DNA from: Dehalococcoidia bacterium
GTDB taxonomy: Bacteria; Chloroflexota; Dehalococcoidia; Lucifugimonadales; UBA3495
Direction: 5' to 3'
DNA: 64,000 nucleotides
Assembly (NCBI GenBank): GCA_965203975.1
Contig: CBDBDT010000001.1
Location: 712,029 to 776,028, forward strand
Part shown: one piece after another, positions 49,599 to 57,925 of the stretch
Layout of the letters: the number at the start of each line of letters is the position of its first letter
How positions within the stretch are numbered: position 1 is the first letter of the stretch
Program-made: the position numbers and the translations under genes
Notes under the pieces: model-generated
Told to the model about the DNA's origin: nothing
Database searches by the model: none
Seen by the model: the letters and a program-made list of their open reading frames with translations, nothing else

Positions 49599-50477
49599 AT
49601 GTCTAGCGGATTGATCGTCGTCCAGCAGTACGAACGCATGGTGGTCCAACGGCTGGGGAACTTCGTTGGTATCTCCAGGCCGGGTCTACGCTTCCTCATC
49701 CCCATCATCTACACCGGGACCAAGGTCGACCTCCGCGAGCGCGTCACCCGCGTCCCCACCCAGAAGTACATCACCGCCGACAACGTCGTCGTCGACATGG
49801 ACTTCGTTATTTACTACCGCGTCATCGAGGAAATGACCGACCGCGCCGTCCTGGAAGTGCAGAACTTCGAGCAGGCCGTCATCAACCTTGCCTTCGCCAC
49901 CCTCCGCGCCGTCATCGGTGCCATCGACCTGTCCACCGCTCTCTCTGAGCGCGAGCGCATCCGCGATGAAGTCCAGGTCCGCATGGACGAAGTGACCGCC
50001 CGTTGGGGCGTCAAGGTTTCTCAGGTGGAGATCAACGAGATCGATCCTCCCGTCGGCGTCAAGGCAGCCATGGAACGCCAGAAGTCCGCCGACGCCATCA
50101 AGACCGCGGAAATCACCGAGTCCGAGGGCCAGCGTCAGGCTCAGATTAACCGAGCCGAGGGAGAAAAGCAGTCCGCCATCCTTGAAGCCGAGGGCAAGCG
50201 TCAGGCCGAAATACTCGAAGCCGAGGGCGAGCAGCAGGCCACCGTCCTTCGGGCCGAGGGGTTTAGCACCGCCTTGGAACGCATCTACGGCGTCGCCAAC
50301 ACCGTCGACGCCAAGACCATGAGCCTCCAGTACTTCGAGACCCTGAAGTCTCTCGGGGCCAGTCCCTCTACCAAGTTCATCTTCCCCATGGAGTTCACCT
50401 CCATGCTCAGCCCCTTCCTCGGCATGGGCGGCAACCAGCAGCCGGCCAACGGCGGCAACAACACCAACCAGCCGTGA
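49599..50477 (+). CDS. SPFH/band-7 (stomatin-like) protein
   Basis: AGGAGG RBS. VVQQYERMVVQRLG, TADNVVVDMDFVIYYRV, WGVKVSQVEINEIDPP. Classic nfeD-stomatin pair. Confidence 0.9.
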   Translation: MSSGLIVVQQYERMVVQRLGNFVGISRPGLRFLIPIIYTGTKVDLRERVTRVPTQKYITADNVVVDMDFVIYYRVIEEMTDRAVLEVQNFEQAVINLAFATLRAVIGAIDLSTALSERERIRDEVQVRMDEVTARWGVKVSQVEINEIDPPVGVKAAMERQKSADAIKTAEITESEGQRQAQINRAEGEKQSAILEAEGKRQAEILEAEGEQQATVLRAEGFSTALERIYGVANTVDAKTMSLQYFETLKSLGASPSTKFIFPMEFTSMLSPFLGMGGNQQPANGGNNTNQP

Positions 50478-50507
50478 CCACTCAAAGGCATTGCCCGGAA
50501 TTAAAAG

Positions 50508-50533
50508 AAGCGCCGGGGCATATTCGGCGCTTT
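50508..50533 (+). terminator. hairpin after the SPFH gene
   Basis: aagcgccg-gggcatatt-cggcgctt followed by tcgtatct. Lies between convergent genes. Confidence 0.4.
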
Positions 50534-50561
50534 CGTATCTCCCCTCTCCCCAACCCAGGCC

Positions 50562-51221
50562 TCAGTCATCCGCCGCGCTCGCCAGCGGCACCAGCCTTGG
50601 GATCGCCACCAGCCCTTCCGCAGTATTCCCCACCCACTCCGTCTCGTTCCGGTGATGCAGCAATGCCGTGTAGGCGTTGACCAGCGCATCGCAGGCTTGC
50701 CAGTCCAGCTTCACGCCCCGGGCCTCCAACCCCCCCACCAACCCCGGTAGTCGGTCCCGCATATATTGCAGGCTCCCAGCCTTCTTCTTGGGTGGCACGT
50801 TATCACCGAAAAGCACCACCTTGGTCGCGTGGGGATAGACCTCGATTACCTCGAACCCTGCGTTTCGCAACCGGGCCGCAACCTCGATTCCCCGGTAGAT
50901 TAGTTTGCGGACAATGGATCCCTTCGATGTCGGAAAACAGCTTATGCCTATCCTGGAAAGTTCGAGCTCTGACTGCCTCCCTTTGTGCTCTCGGTTGACT
51001 GCCCGGCACTCGCAGGACGACTCCAGGCAGCAATTGCCCTCCGGAAGCCCCAACGGCGTTCCAATAGCAATAATTGACGGACACCTCGCCTCCGCTAACC
51101 CTGTCAGGTCGTCGCCGGTATGGGCGGATTCTACGCCGACCACTTCGGACTGAAAGTTCAACACGGCAACTGTGCTAGCAAGATTCGATGAAGTTCGTAG
51201 ATCCACACCCATGACGACCAT
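50562..51221 (-). CDS. DUF429-like (RNase-H-fold) protein
   Basis: ATG 51221 follows a GGGAGGG RBS. MVVMGVDL..., IGTPLGLP, EVYPHATKVVL, CDALVNAYTALLH. GC is somewhat lower than in the flanks. Confidence 0.6.
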   Translation of the reverse strand: MVVMGVDLRTSSNLASTVAVLNFQSEVVGVESAHTGDDLTGLAEARCPSIIAIGTPLGLPEGNCCLESSCECRAVNREHKGRQSELELSRIGISCFPTSKGSIVRKLIYRGIEVAARLRNAGFEVIEVYPHATKVVLFGDNVPPKKKAGSLQYMRDRLPGLVGGLEARGVKLDWQACDALVNAYTALLHHRNETEWVGNTAEGLVAIPRLVPLASAADD

Positions 51222-51321
51222 GTAACCCTCCCTATCTACTAAGAAACCCACAGACCATCTGCGTCCCGCGTCTACCCGTTTCCGGCTGCTCCTCAAGACT
51301 CTCTCAAACTCCGGCCACCGC

Positions 51322-52332
51322 CTAAAGCGACGAACGGTCTTTCGGCCATTCCTTCCCGAACTCGGTGTATTCCAGCAGGCTGGCTGCGGCCGAAAACGGG
51401 TCCGAGTCTCCTGTTTCCACCCTGGCCACTAACTCCTGTACGCTTCCGTCCAGCCTTGCCAGGTCTCTCACCCGGCGGCTCAACTCCTCTTCCACCGTCT
51501 CCAGGAACTCATCCCTTCGTCGGGCCCTTCTTTTCGACGCTAGTCCTCCGGTGTCCGTCAGGAACTCCCGGTGCGCCTTGACCCTGTCCCAGAGTTCGTC
51601 AATCCCTTTTCCCGCATCTGCCTGCGTCGTAACTACTGGCGGTTCCCAGTCCAGCGTCCCCACCGTCATCCGCAGCATGGACGTGATCGCCGCCGCCATT
51701 TGGAATGCCCCTTCCCTGTCCGCCTTGTTCACCACATAGACGTCGGCAATCTCCATGATTCCCGCCTTCAACGTCTGCACCGCGTCTCCCGACTCCGGCA
51801 TCAGCGTCACCACCACCGTATCCGCCACCCCCATGATCCCCAGTTCTGTCTGGCCCACTCCCACCGTCTCCACCAGGATCACATCCTTCCCAGACGCGTC
51901 CAGCAGCCGCCCGATGCTCTTCACGATTCTCGGTAGCCCGCCCGATTGTCCCCTCGTAGCCACGCTGCGGATGAACACGCCGTCATCTAGGAAATGCCGC
52001 TGCATCCGGATGCGGTCCCCCAGCAGTGCCCCGCCACTGAAGGGACTCGTCGGGTCAACTGCGATAATCCCTACCGTCAGCCCCTCCTCCCTCAGTAGCC
52101 GGGTCAACTCACCGACTATCGTACTCTTCCCCGCTCCTGGCGGTCCGGTCACCCCTACTGTGTAGGCTCTTCCCGTGTGCCCATCCACGCCTTCCATGAA
52201 CCCGGCGGCTTGGGTTGTCCCCCGTTCCACCGCCGATATCGCCCGGGAAAGCGCCCGCACCTCCCCTTTTAGTAGTCTCAGAACTTGGTCCTTCATCGGT
52301 GTGACGCCGCTGCCGCCAGCCGCTTGAATCAC
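51322..52332 (-). CDS. meaB: methylmalonyl-CoA mutase-associated G3E GTPase (MeaB/ArgK)
   Basis: GVTGPPGAGKSTIV, IIAVDPTSPFSGGALLGDRIRM, ETVGVGQTE, VVNKADR. The start is ambiguous (GTG 52332 or ATG 52296). No mutase gene in the window. Confidence 0.85.
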   Translation of the reverse strand: MIQAAGGSGVTPMKDQVLRLLKGEVRALSRAISAVERGTTQAAGFMEGVDGHTGRAYTVGVTGPPGAGKSTIVGELTRLLREEGLTVGIIAVDPTSPFSGGALLGDRIRMQRHFLDDGVFIRSVATRGQSGGLPRIVKSIGRLLDASGKDVILVETVGVGQTELGIMGVADTVVVTLMPESGDAVQTLKAGIMEIADVYVVNKADREGAFQMAAAITSMLRMTVGTLDWEPPVVTTQADAGKGIDELWDRVKAHREFLTDTGGLASKRRARRRDEFLETVEEELSRRVRDLARLDGSVQELVARVETGDSDPFSAAASLLEYTEFGKEWPKDRSSL

Positions 52333-52631
52333 CTGCTTTCGCCCTTGGAAGCTACCCTGTCTCTATTGGCAACCGTGCAGCCTCCCCGCTGCGGGTTCCT
52401 CCACGCGCTACTCATACCTGGTCCCGTTGGGGCCGTCCCCAGCCGCACCAAGTGCGGCTACGAAAAAACCGCGCCCCAAAGAACGGAGACATCATCCGCA
52501 AAACCGCGCCGGCGTTTTTCCGCAGACAAGCGAAAACACCCGCAACCCTTCTCGGGTTTCTGAGCTCATGGCTTCGGTGGTGTGGTCCCTCCGCCTCCCG
52601 GCCCCTCCTCCCGTGTTTGGACTGAACAGTC

Positions 52632-54830
52632 CTAGTGGTGGAAACCTGTATCGAAGGCCCTGCCTCCCGCCGTAATCAGCAGGTCCGGCCGGTTGCCCCA
52701 GCGCCGCAGGAAACGCCCGAAGTTCTTCCGGCTCATCTCTTCCCGCTGGTTTTCGTCCAGCTCCTCCCACTGCCGGTGCTCATGGCGCACCAGCGGAAGG
52801 GTGCTGTCCGCCACGATCCGGTAACCCTGCTCCTTGAACTGGAAGCTGTAGTCAATGTCCAGGTTGCGGTAGAACCGGAACCCCTCGTTCATCAACCCCA
52901 CCTTCTGCACCGCTCCCCTCTCGAACGCCATGCAGTAGGCTTGGATCGCGTCTGCGTCTCCCCTTTCCACTTCCTCGTGGAAATGCCTCATATCGTCCGT
53001 CGACAAGCCGAACGGCCCGAATATCCCCACCGTTCCGTCGGACAACTGCTCCGTCACCGGCGTCAGCAGGTCCCCCACGATCTCGGTGGATGCGTCAACG
53101 ATGATGATGTACCGCCCCAGGCTCTGTTTCAGGCCAATGTTCTTGCCTGCGGCGTCCCCGATAACGTGGTCGCAGTGAAACACCCGAACGTCGTCGTTGT
53201 CCCTTTGGAAATCTTCCAGGAATTCTGCGGTGCCGTCCGTGGACCCATTGTCCACCACGATGATCTCCGCCGACCGGCCCCGAGACCATTCCAGCATGCT
53301 GTTTACACACCGCCGCACGTCGTCCACGTAATTGTACGCATTCAGGATGAACGAATAGTCGTACAAGGGCCCCTCGTCCAGCAGCGACCCGACTTCCCGC
53401 GACGACGAGACCGACGGCCACCGCTCCAGTTGCTGTTCCAGCGCCGTTTTCGGGCGTATCCGCGTCGTCGGCCCGATATCCGCCACCAAGTACCCCTGCG
53501 ACAGCACCTCGGATCGCAGCGTGTCCGCCGTCGGATACTCCGCCTGCTCCCTCAAGGCGCTCCGCCGCTCCAGGCTGGTCAACACAGCCTCTGGGACCTC
53601 GTAGTCCGCCGGCACCTTGTCCAGGTCCAGCCCGAACAGCCGGTCGAAGTCCCGCATCAGGTCCAGCTTGGCCTGCCCCGGCAGGTCCGACCTGATCATG
53701 CTCCACGTCAGCGACACCGCCCCCGGAAGGTTCAGGTCGTCGTTCGCCGTGTCCCAGAACCGTCGTCGCCACTCCTCCGTTTCCGGCGGCAGTTGCTCCA
53801 GTGCCGGCAGACCCTTCCACTCCCAGATCCGGTCACGCCAGCACGTCAACGCCCGCTCCGACGCCCGCAGCGAACCGAAGGTGAAATTCATCCTGTGCCG
53901 GTACCGCACCGTCAGGCAAAGGTAACGGAAGGAAAGCGGATCAAACCCCCGCTCCACCAGGTCGTCTATCAGGAAAACGTTCCCCGACGACTTGGCCATT
54001 TTGGCCCCGTCCGCCAGCAGGTGTTGGCCATGCACCCAGTAGTTGACGTGGACATCCCCAAACGCGCCTTCGCTCTGCGCGATCTCGTCCTCGTGGTGCG
54101 GGAAAATGTTGTCCACCCCGCCCGTGTGGATGTCGAACTTTTCCCCCAGGTACTTGCTCGCCATCGCCGAGCACTCGATGTGCCAGCCCGGGAACCCGTC
54201 TCCCCAGGGGCTTTCCCACTTCACATCCCGCCCCGGCTCGGCGGCTTTCCACAACGTGAAGTCCCTTGGGTCTCGCTTCAGCGGATCGGCTTCAACCCGC
54301 ACCCCTTCCAGCAGGTCCCCTCCAAAGTTCCTCGACAGTTTCCCGTACCCGGAGAAGTTCGGGACGTCGTAATAGACGTTCCCTCCCGATTCGTAGGCAT
54401 ACCCCGCCGCAAGCAGCTTCTCGACGATTTCAATCATCTCCGGAATATGCTGCGTCGCCCACGGAAACACCTGCGCCGGCAGGATGTTCACCCTTAGTTC
54501 GTCTCGGTAGAACTTGTCCGCGTAGTATTCGGCGATCTCGCCAATGGTCTTGCCCTCCGCCAGGGCGGCCAGGATCATCTTGTCCCCGCCCGTCTCCACC
54601 AACTCCTGCCGCATGTGTCCCACGTCGGTAATATTCTTGACGTGATAGACATCCACCCCTTGCGCCAGCAGCGACCGGCGGATCCAGTCCGCCATCATGT
54701 AGGTGCGCAGGTTCCCGATATGCGCATCCCTGTAAACCGTAGGCCCGCACGTATACATGCGGACCTTGCCTGGCTCTATCGGTTGGATCTCTTCGACCTG
54801 CTTGGTCAGGGTGTTATACAGTCGTAACAA
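52632..54830 (-). CDS. cysS: cysteine--tRNA ligase fused to a C-terminal family-2 glycosyltransferase domain
   Basis: TTG 54830 follows GGGGGAAG (LLRLYNTLT...). CysRS motifs: CGPTVY, AHIGNLRT (HIGH), WHIECS, FPHHEDE, KMAKSSGN (KMSKS). After about residue 470 comes SFILNAYN..., AEIIVVDNGSTDGT, GKNIGL, YIIIVDAS (GT-A fold). Confidence 0.85.
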   Translation of the reverse strand: MLRLYNTLTKQVEEIQPIEPGKVRMYTCGPTVYRDAHIGNLRTYMMADWIRRSLLAQGVDVYHVKNITDVGHMRQELVETGGDKMILAALAEGKTIGEIAEYYADKFYRDELRVNILPAQVFPWATQHIPEMIEIVEKLLAAGYAYESGGNVYYDVPNFSGYGKLSRNFGGDLLEGVRVEADPLKRDPRDFTLWKAAEPGRDVKWESPWGDGFPGWHIECSAMASKYLGEKFDIHTGGVDNIFPHHEDEIAQSEGAFGDVHVNYWVHGQHLLADGAKMAKSSGNVFLIDDLVERGFDPLSFRYLCLTVRYRHRMNFTFGSLRASERALTCWRDRIWEWKGLPALEQLPPETEEWRRRFWDTANDDLNLPGAVSLTWSMIRSDLPGQAKLDLMRDFDRLFGLDLDKVPADYEVPEAVLTSLERRSALREQAEYPTADTLRSEVLSQGYLVADIGPTTRIRPKTALEQQLERWPSVSSSREVGSLLDEGPLYDYSFILNAYNYVDDVRRCVNSMLEWSRGRSAEIIVVDNGSTDGTAEFLEDFQRDNDDVRVFHCDHVIGDAAGKNIGLKQSLGRYIIIVDASTEIVGDLLTPVTEQLSDGTVGIFGPFGLSTDDMRHFHEEVERGDADAIQAYCMAFERGAVQKVGLMNEGFRFYRNLDIDYSFQFKEQGYRIVADSTLPLVRHEHRQWEELDENQREEMSRKNFGRFLRRWGNRPDLLITAGGRAFDTGFHH

Positions 54831-54912
54831 GCTGCTTCCCCCAAGGCGGCGGATGTCCCGGCGGATTATCGTGCAGTTTACCACGCACCACCCCGCTTTG
54901 CATCACACCCGG

Positions 54913-54935
54913 CCGGCGCGTCAGCCCAATCGCAT
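54913..54935 (+). repeat. 23-bp direct repeat, copy 1 (ccggcgcgtcagcccaatcgcat)
   Basis: An identical copy lies at 55077..55099. The two flank palindromic elements in the cysS / cyclophilin-like spacer. Confidence 0.7.
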
Positions 54936-54966
54936 GAAGGGCGGTTCCACGCTGTCACCCCTTCCC

Positions 54967-55003
54967 CCGTCATTCCCGCGCAGGCGGGAATCCAGGCCCC
55001 CGT
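54967..55003 (+). repeat. ATTCCC-N8-GGGAAT type palindromic repeat, copy 1
   Basis: ccgtcattcccgcgcaggcgggaatccaggcccccgt. Identical apart from one base to 57326..57362. Confidence 0.7.
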
Positions 55004-55076
55004 TAACCGTTCCCCCAGTATAGTCCCGAGGATTGGCGGGTCTCCCCGCCAATATTGCGCTCATGCGGTTGTCCTG

Positions 55077-55099
55077 CCGGCGCGTCAGCCCAATCGCAT
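55077..55099 (+). repeat. 23-bp direct repeat, copy 2
   Basis: Exact copy of 54913..54935. Confidence 0.7.
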
Positions 55100-55132
55100 T
55101 TCGAACGCGACGGCACGGCCAGCCCCAGCTCC

Positions 55133-55162
55133 GGGGGTTTGGGGGATGAATCCCCCAACGTC
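55133..55162 (+). repeat. REP-like 30-nt palindromic repeat, copy 2
   Basis: gggggtttgggggatgaatcccccaacgtc. It abuts the stop codon of the minus-strand gene 55161..55550. Confidence 0.75.
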
Positions 55163-55550
55163 ACCCCACCGTCTCAACCAGCACCGCCTCCCCTGAAACC
55201 ACCCCCATGAAAACCGTCGCATCCCCTTCCACCCTCCCGATTATCGTCACCGCGCTCGCCGGACGAATCTCCGCCCCCCTGCTCGCCGGAGTCGGCCCGA
55301 AGAAGATGCAGAATGCGTTCCCGGGAGGCCAGTACCCTAGGTCCCCCATCTCCACAACCTCCTTCCCGTCCTCCAGTTCCGCCTCCACCGGGATGGGGAA
55401 GTAAATCTCGTCACCCCACGTCCGCGCGGATCCGGAAATCGGCAGCGCCTCCGCCACCATCCTCCCCGTCCCGTTGTCCGCCAGTTCCCCCTCCGCCTGC
55501 ATTGCCCCCGCCGTTATGCGTATCCTCTGCCCCAAGAGCCTTCCCTCCAT
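55161..55550 (-). CDS. cyclophilin-like fold protein (no PPIase motifs evident)
   Basis: 129 aa. GELADNGTGRMVAEALP..., WGDEIYFPIP, GDLGYWPPGNAFCIFFG. GGTGGAG RBS. 18 nt downstream of the FAD oxidoreductase gene. Confidence 0.6.
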   Translation of the reverse strand: MEGRLLGQRIRITAGAMQAEGELADNGTGRMVAEALPISGSARTWGDEIYFPIPVEAELEDGKEVVEMGDLGYWPPGNAFCIFFGPTPASRGAEIRPASAVTIIGRVEGDATVFMGVVSGEAVLVETVG

Positions 55551-55568
55551 TCATCTCCACCGGCCGTA

Positions 55569-56723
55569 TCAGCCGCCCTGCCCTCTCCCCCGCCCCGCCG
55601 GAGCGAACCGGCTTGGGTCGCACGCCCCTATCGGCAGCGTCGTCTCCCCTTCGCTGATGAGGTCCGCCGTCGCCTTCCCGATCCCCGGCGCCAGCAGCAC
55701 TCCCTTCTTCCCCGCGCCCGTCGCCAGGAAAACGTTGTCCCACCCCGGCGCCTTCCCCACAATCGGCAGCCAGTCTGGCGTCACCGGCCGCAGGCACGCC
55801 GTATGCTGGACCAGCCATGCGTTGCCCACATTCGGCGCCAGCCTGACCGCCTTCTCCAAAATCGTCTGCCGCACCCCATCGCTGGGCTGGCGGTCAAACC
55901 CCTTCCACTCCTCCGTAGTCCCGCACCACACCTGCGCGTTCGGCTTCGGCGTCACCGAAACGCCGCCGCCGGACAAATCATGCCCCGGCTGCACGCCCGG
56001 TATATCCATCCGCAGCGTTTCCCCTTTTAGCGGGTCCACCGGAATCGAAATATCCAGCCAGGTCTCCGCCTCCCGCGCCCAGGGCCCGGTTGCCAGCACC
56101 AGCGACCCGCAAGCCAGCTTCCCGTCCGCCAGGATTACCCCCGTCACTCCGCCGCCGATTTCCAACCCGTTCACCGCCCCATTGCGGAAAATCGCCCCCT
56201 GTCCCTCTGCGGCCCTCTTCAGGGCCTGCGTCAGCTTGTAGCTGTCCAGTGCCGCGTTCCCCGTTAGTCGCACCGCCCTGCCGATCTCTGGAGAGAACAG
56301 CGGCTCGGCGGCCCGAGCTTCCTCCGCCGTCAACCACTCCGCCGTGAACTCCCTCGGCCCTGCCTCAAACAGTTCGTGGGATGTCTGCAGCGCCTCCATC
56401 TCCCCGTCGTCCATCGCGGCGTGGAGCAGGGAGACCACCCGGTACTCGTAGTCAATCCCCGATGCCTCCACCACCGCACCGCACATCTCCCGGTGCAGGT
56501 CATAGGATGCCATCGCCAGTGGAGCCAATGGCCCCGGAATCTGCGCTCCCTCCAGCGGATTCAGGCCGCCCGAGGAAAACCCCGAAGCCTGCGACCCAAT
56601 CCCTTCCCTTTCGATTACTGTCGCTCCGACGCCCGCCAGCGACAGGAAATACGCCGTCGCGCACCCGGCGACCCCGCCGCCAACGATCACCACGTCATTC
56701 CCGGATGTGTTTCCCTCGGCCAT
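55569..56723 (-). CDS. FAD-dependent oxidoreductase (DAO/glycine oxidase-like)
   Basis: DVVIVGGGVAGCATAYFLSLAG dinucleotide-binding motif and a DAO-type C-terminus (LATGAGKKGVLLAPGIG). Confidence 0.85.
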   Translation of the reverse strand: MAEGNTSGNDVVIVGGGVAGCATAYFLSLAGVGATVIEREGIGSQASGFSSGGLNPLEGAQIPGPLAPLAMASYDLHREMCGAVVEASGIDYEYRVVSLLHAAMDDGEMEALQTSHELFEAGPREFTAEWLTAEEARAAEPLFSPEIGRAVRLTGNAALDSYKLTQALKRAAEGQGAIFRNGAVNGLEIGGGVTGVILADGKLACGSLVLATGPWAREAETWLDISIPVDPLKGETLRMDIPGVQPGHDLSGGGVSVTPKPNAQVWCGTTEEWKGFDRQPSDGVRQTILEKAVRLAPNVGNAWLVQHTACLRPVTPDWLPIVGKAPGWDNVFLATGAGKKGVLLAPGIGKATADLISEGETTLPIGACDPSRFAPAGRGRGQGG

Positions 56724-56850
56724 AGATCAACGTCTCCCGCAGCCAACCCCGGTTTCGATCAACCAATCCAGGGCCTTTTCATTCTCAGTATCCGCCGGAT
56801 ATTCCGTTCCCGGCGAACCGTCCAGCAAGCATCCCAACTCCACAAATTCA

Positions 56851-56880
56851 GGGGGTTTGGGGGATGAATCCCCCAACGTG
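56851..56880 (+). repeat. REP-like 30-nt palindromic repeat, copy 3
   Basis: Identical 30-mer. Shares extra flanks with copy 1 (attcaggggg... / ...gtgccccggt). Confidence 0.75.
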
Positions 56881-57037
56881 CCCCGGTAACCCGGTGCGTT
56901 TTCCTCAACAATCGCGAAAGCCCCTGCCACCCGGCCTGCGACGGTAGCCGGCGATTCCCGGTTGAGTATAAAATTATCTCTGACAACAAGAAAGGTTGGC
57001 CCTGCCGCCAACCACGTAATGCCCTCGGAGGTAACTC

Positions 57038-57274
57038 ATGCCCATCTACGAATACTATTGCGCCAACTGCAACATCGAGTTCGAGGCTCTCCGCCCCGCC
57101 TCCCGCTCCCAGGAACCCGCCGAGTGCAAGGTGTGTGGCACCCAGTCGGAGCGGCAGCTCTCCACCTTCTCCTTCAAGTCCAACACCTTCACCGCCCCCA
57201 AGCTCAAGCCCGCCACCAAACCCCGCCGTTCCTACACGCCATCGGAGCCCGCTGAAACGCCCTCCGACTCTTAA
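57038..57274 (+). CDS. FmdB-family zinc-ribbon protein
   Basis: MPIYEYYCANCNIEFEAL...CKVCG (CxxC-x-CxxC). GGAGGT RBS. Confidence 0.8.
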   Translation: MPIYEYYCANCNIEFEALRPASRSQEPAECKVCGTQSERQLSTFSFKSNTFTAPKLKPATKPRRSYTPSEPAETPSDS

Positions 57275-57417
57275 AGGGTGTGTGATAAATACCCGCTTGC
57301 CCGCCCGTCATTCCAGCGGCCTTTTCCGTCATTCCCGCGCAGGCGGGAATCCAGACCCCCGTCCGTCTCCGGAGCAAAGGTCAATTACGAGAGCACACGC
57401 TTGTATTCACACACCCT
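57275..57417. mobile_element. MITE-like element, family 2 (143 bp) with TIRs and a CTTAA flanking duplication
   Basis: Left end agggtgtgtgataaatac. The right end, reverse-complemented, is agggtgtgtga---atac. CTTAA lies at 57270..57274 and 57418..57422. The element carries the ATTCCC-N8-GGGAAT repeat internally. No ORF. Confidence 0.55.
57326..57362 (+). repeat. ATTCCC-N8-GGGAAT type palindromic repeat, copy 2
   Basis: ccgtcattcccgcgcaggcgggaatccagacccccgt. A partial extra copy (cccgtcattccagcgg) lies at 57304. Confidence 0.7.
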
Positions 57418-57504
57418 CTTAAAGTGAGATTCCTGGCATCCAATCACGCTAGAGCGTAGGGCAAAACCCTGGCCGCTTGGATCGCGTGAAGGTAAAAGAA
57501 CGGC

Positions 57505-57846
57505 CTACCCGTTCTCTGCCGCCGCCCTCTCTTGATTGCAGGCTATACAGGTACACTGCCCCCGCAGGAAGGTGTAGGGATAGATACCCGTATAGTGGGC
57601 ATCGCTCCAAAGAAACTGGATAGCGTAGTTTCCCACCTGCATCTGATCAATGGCCCGCACATCGGCGGGCACCGTATCCGGGTCCAGCCGCGGCCGCCCC
57701 GTCATCTCCTCCACGCAGTTCGCGCACCGGCACCGCAGCCGCAGCAGCCGGTGCGGATATATCGACCGGTGCCCATCACTCCATAGGATAATGATCTGAT
57801 TCCCGGAAACATCCACTTCCGTTGGGACAACTAATTCGTCTTGCAC
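57505..57846 (-). CDS. DUF971 (gamma-butyrobetaine hydroxylase N-terminal-like) protein
   Basis: ILWSDGHRSIYPHRLLRLRCRCANC...FLWSDAHYTGIYPYTFLRGQC. Confidence 0.75.
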   Translation of the reverse strand: MQDELVVPTEVDVSGNQIIILWSDGHRSIYPHRLLRLRCRCANCVEEMTGRPRLDPDTVPADVRAIDQMQVGNYAIQFLWSDAHYTGIYPYTFLRGQCTCIACNQERAAAENG

Positions 57847-57884
57847 GTCCTAACCCGGTACCGTCGTCTGGATCTCTGCATAAA

Positions 57885-57914
57885 GGGGGTTTGGGGGATG
57901 AATCCCCCAACGTG
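57885..57914 (+). repeat. REP-like 30-nt palindromic repeat, copy 4
   Basis: Identical 30-mer, 12 nt from the stop of the minus-strand TPP enzyme gene. Confidence 0.75.
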
Positions 57915-57925
57915 ACCCCGTAACT

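Noticed and set aside
52333-52631. 300-nt gap between meaB and cysS, examined for tRNA, SRP RNA or another small RNA
   Set aside because: No tRNA cloverleaf or T-loop (GTTCRA) and no SRP/tmRNA/RNase P conserved boxes seen. Only small local hairpins.
52635-54497. 620-aa plus-strand ORF antisense to the cysS-GT2 fusion
   Set aside because: Arg/Pro/His/Gln-rich, low-complexity translation. The opposite strand carries complete CysRS and GT2 motif sets.
55133-57914. Could the identical 30-nt repeats be a CRISPR array?
   Set aside because: Spacing is irregular (about 1.0-1.7 kb) with genes in between. The copies are internally palindromic REP-like units, and no cas genes are present.
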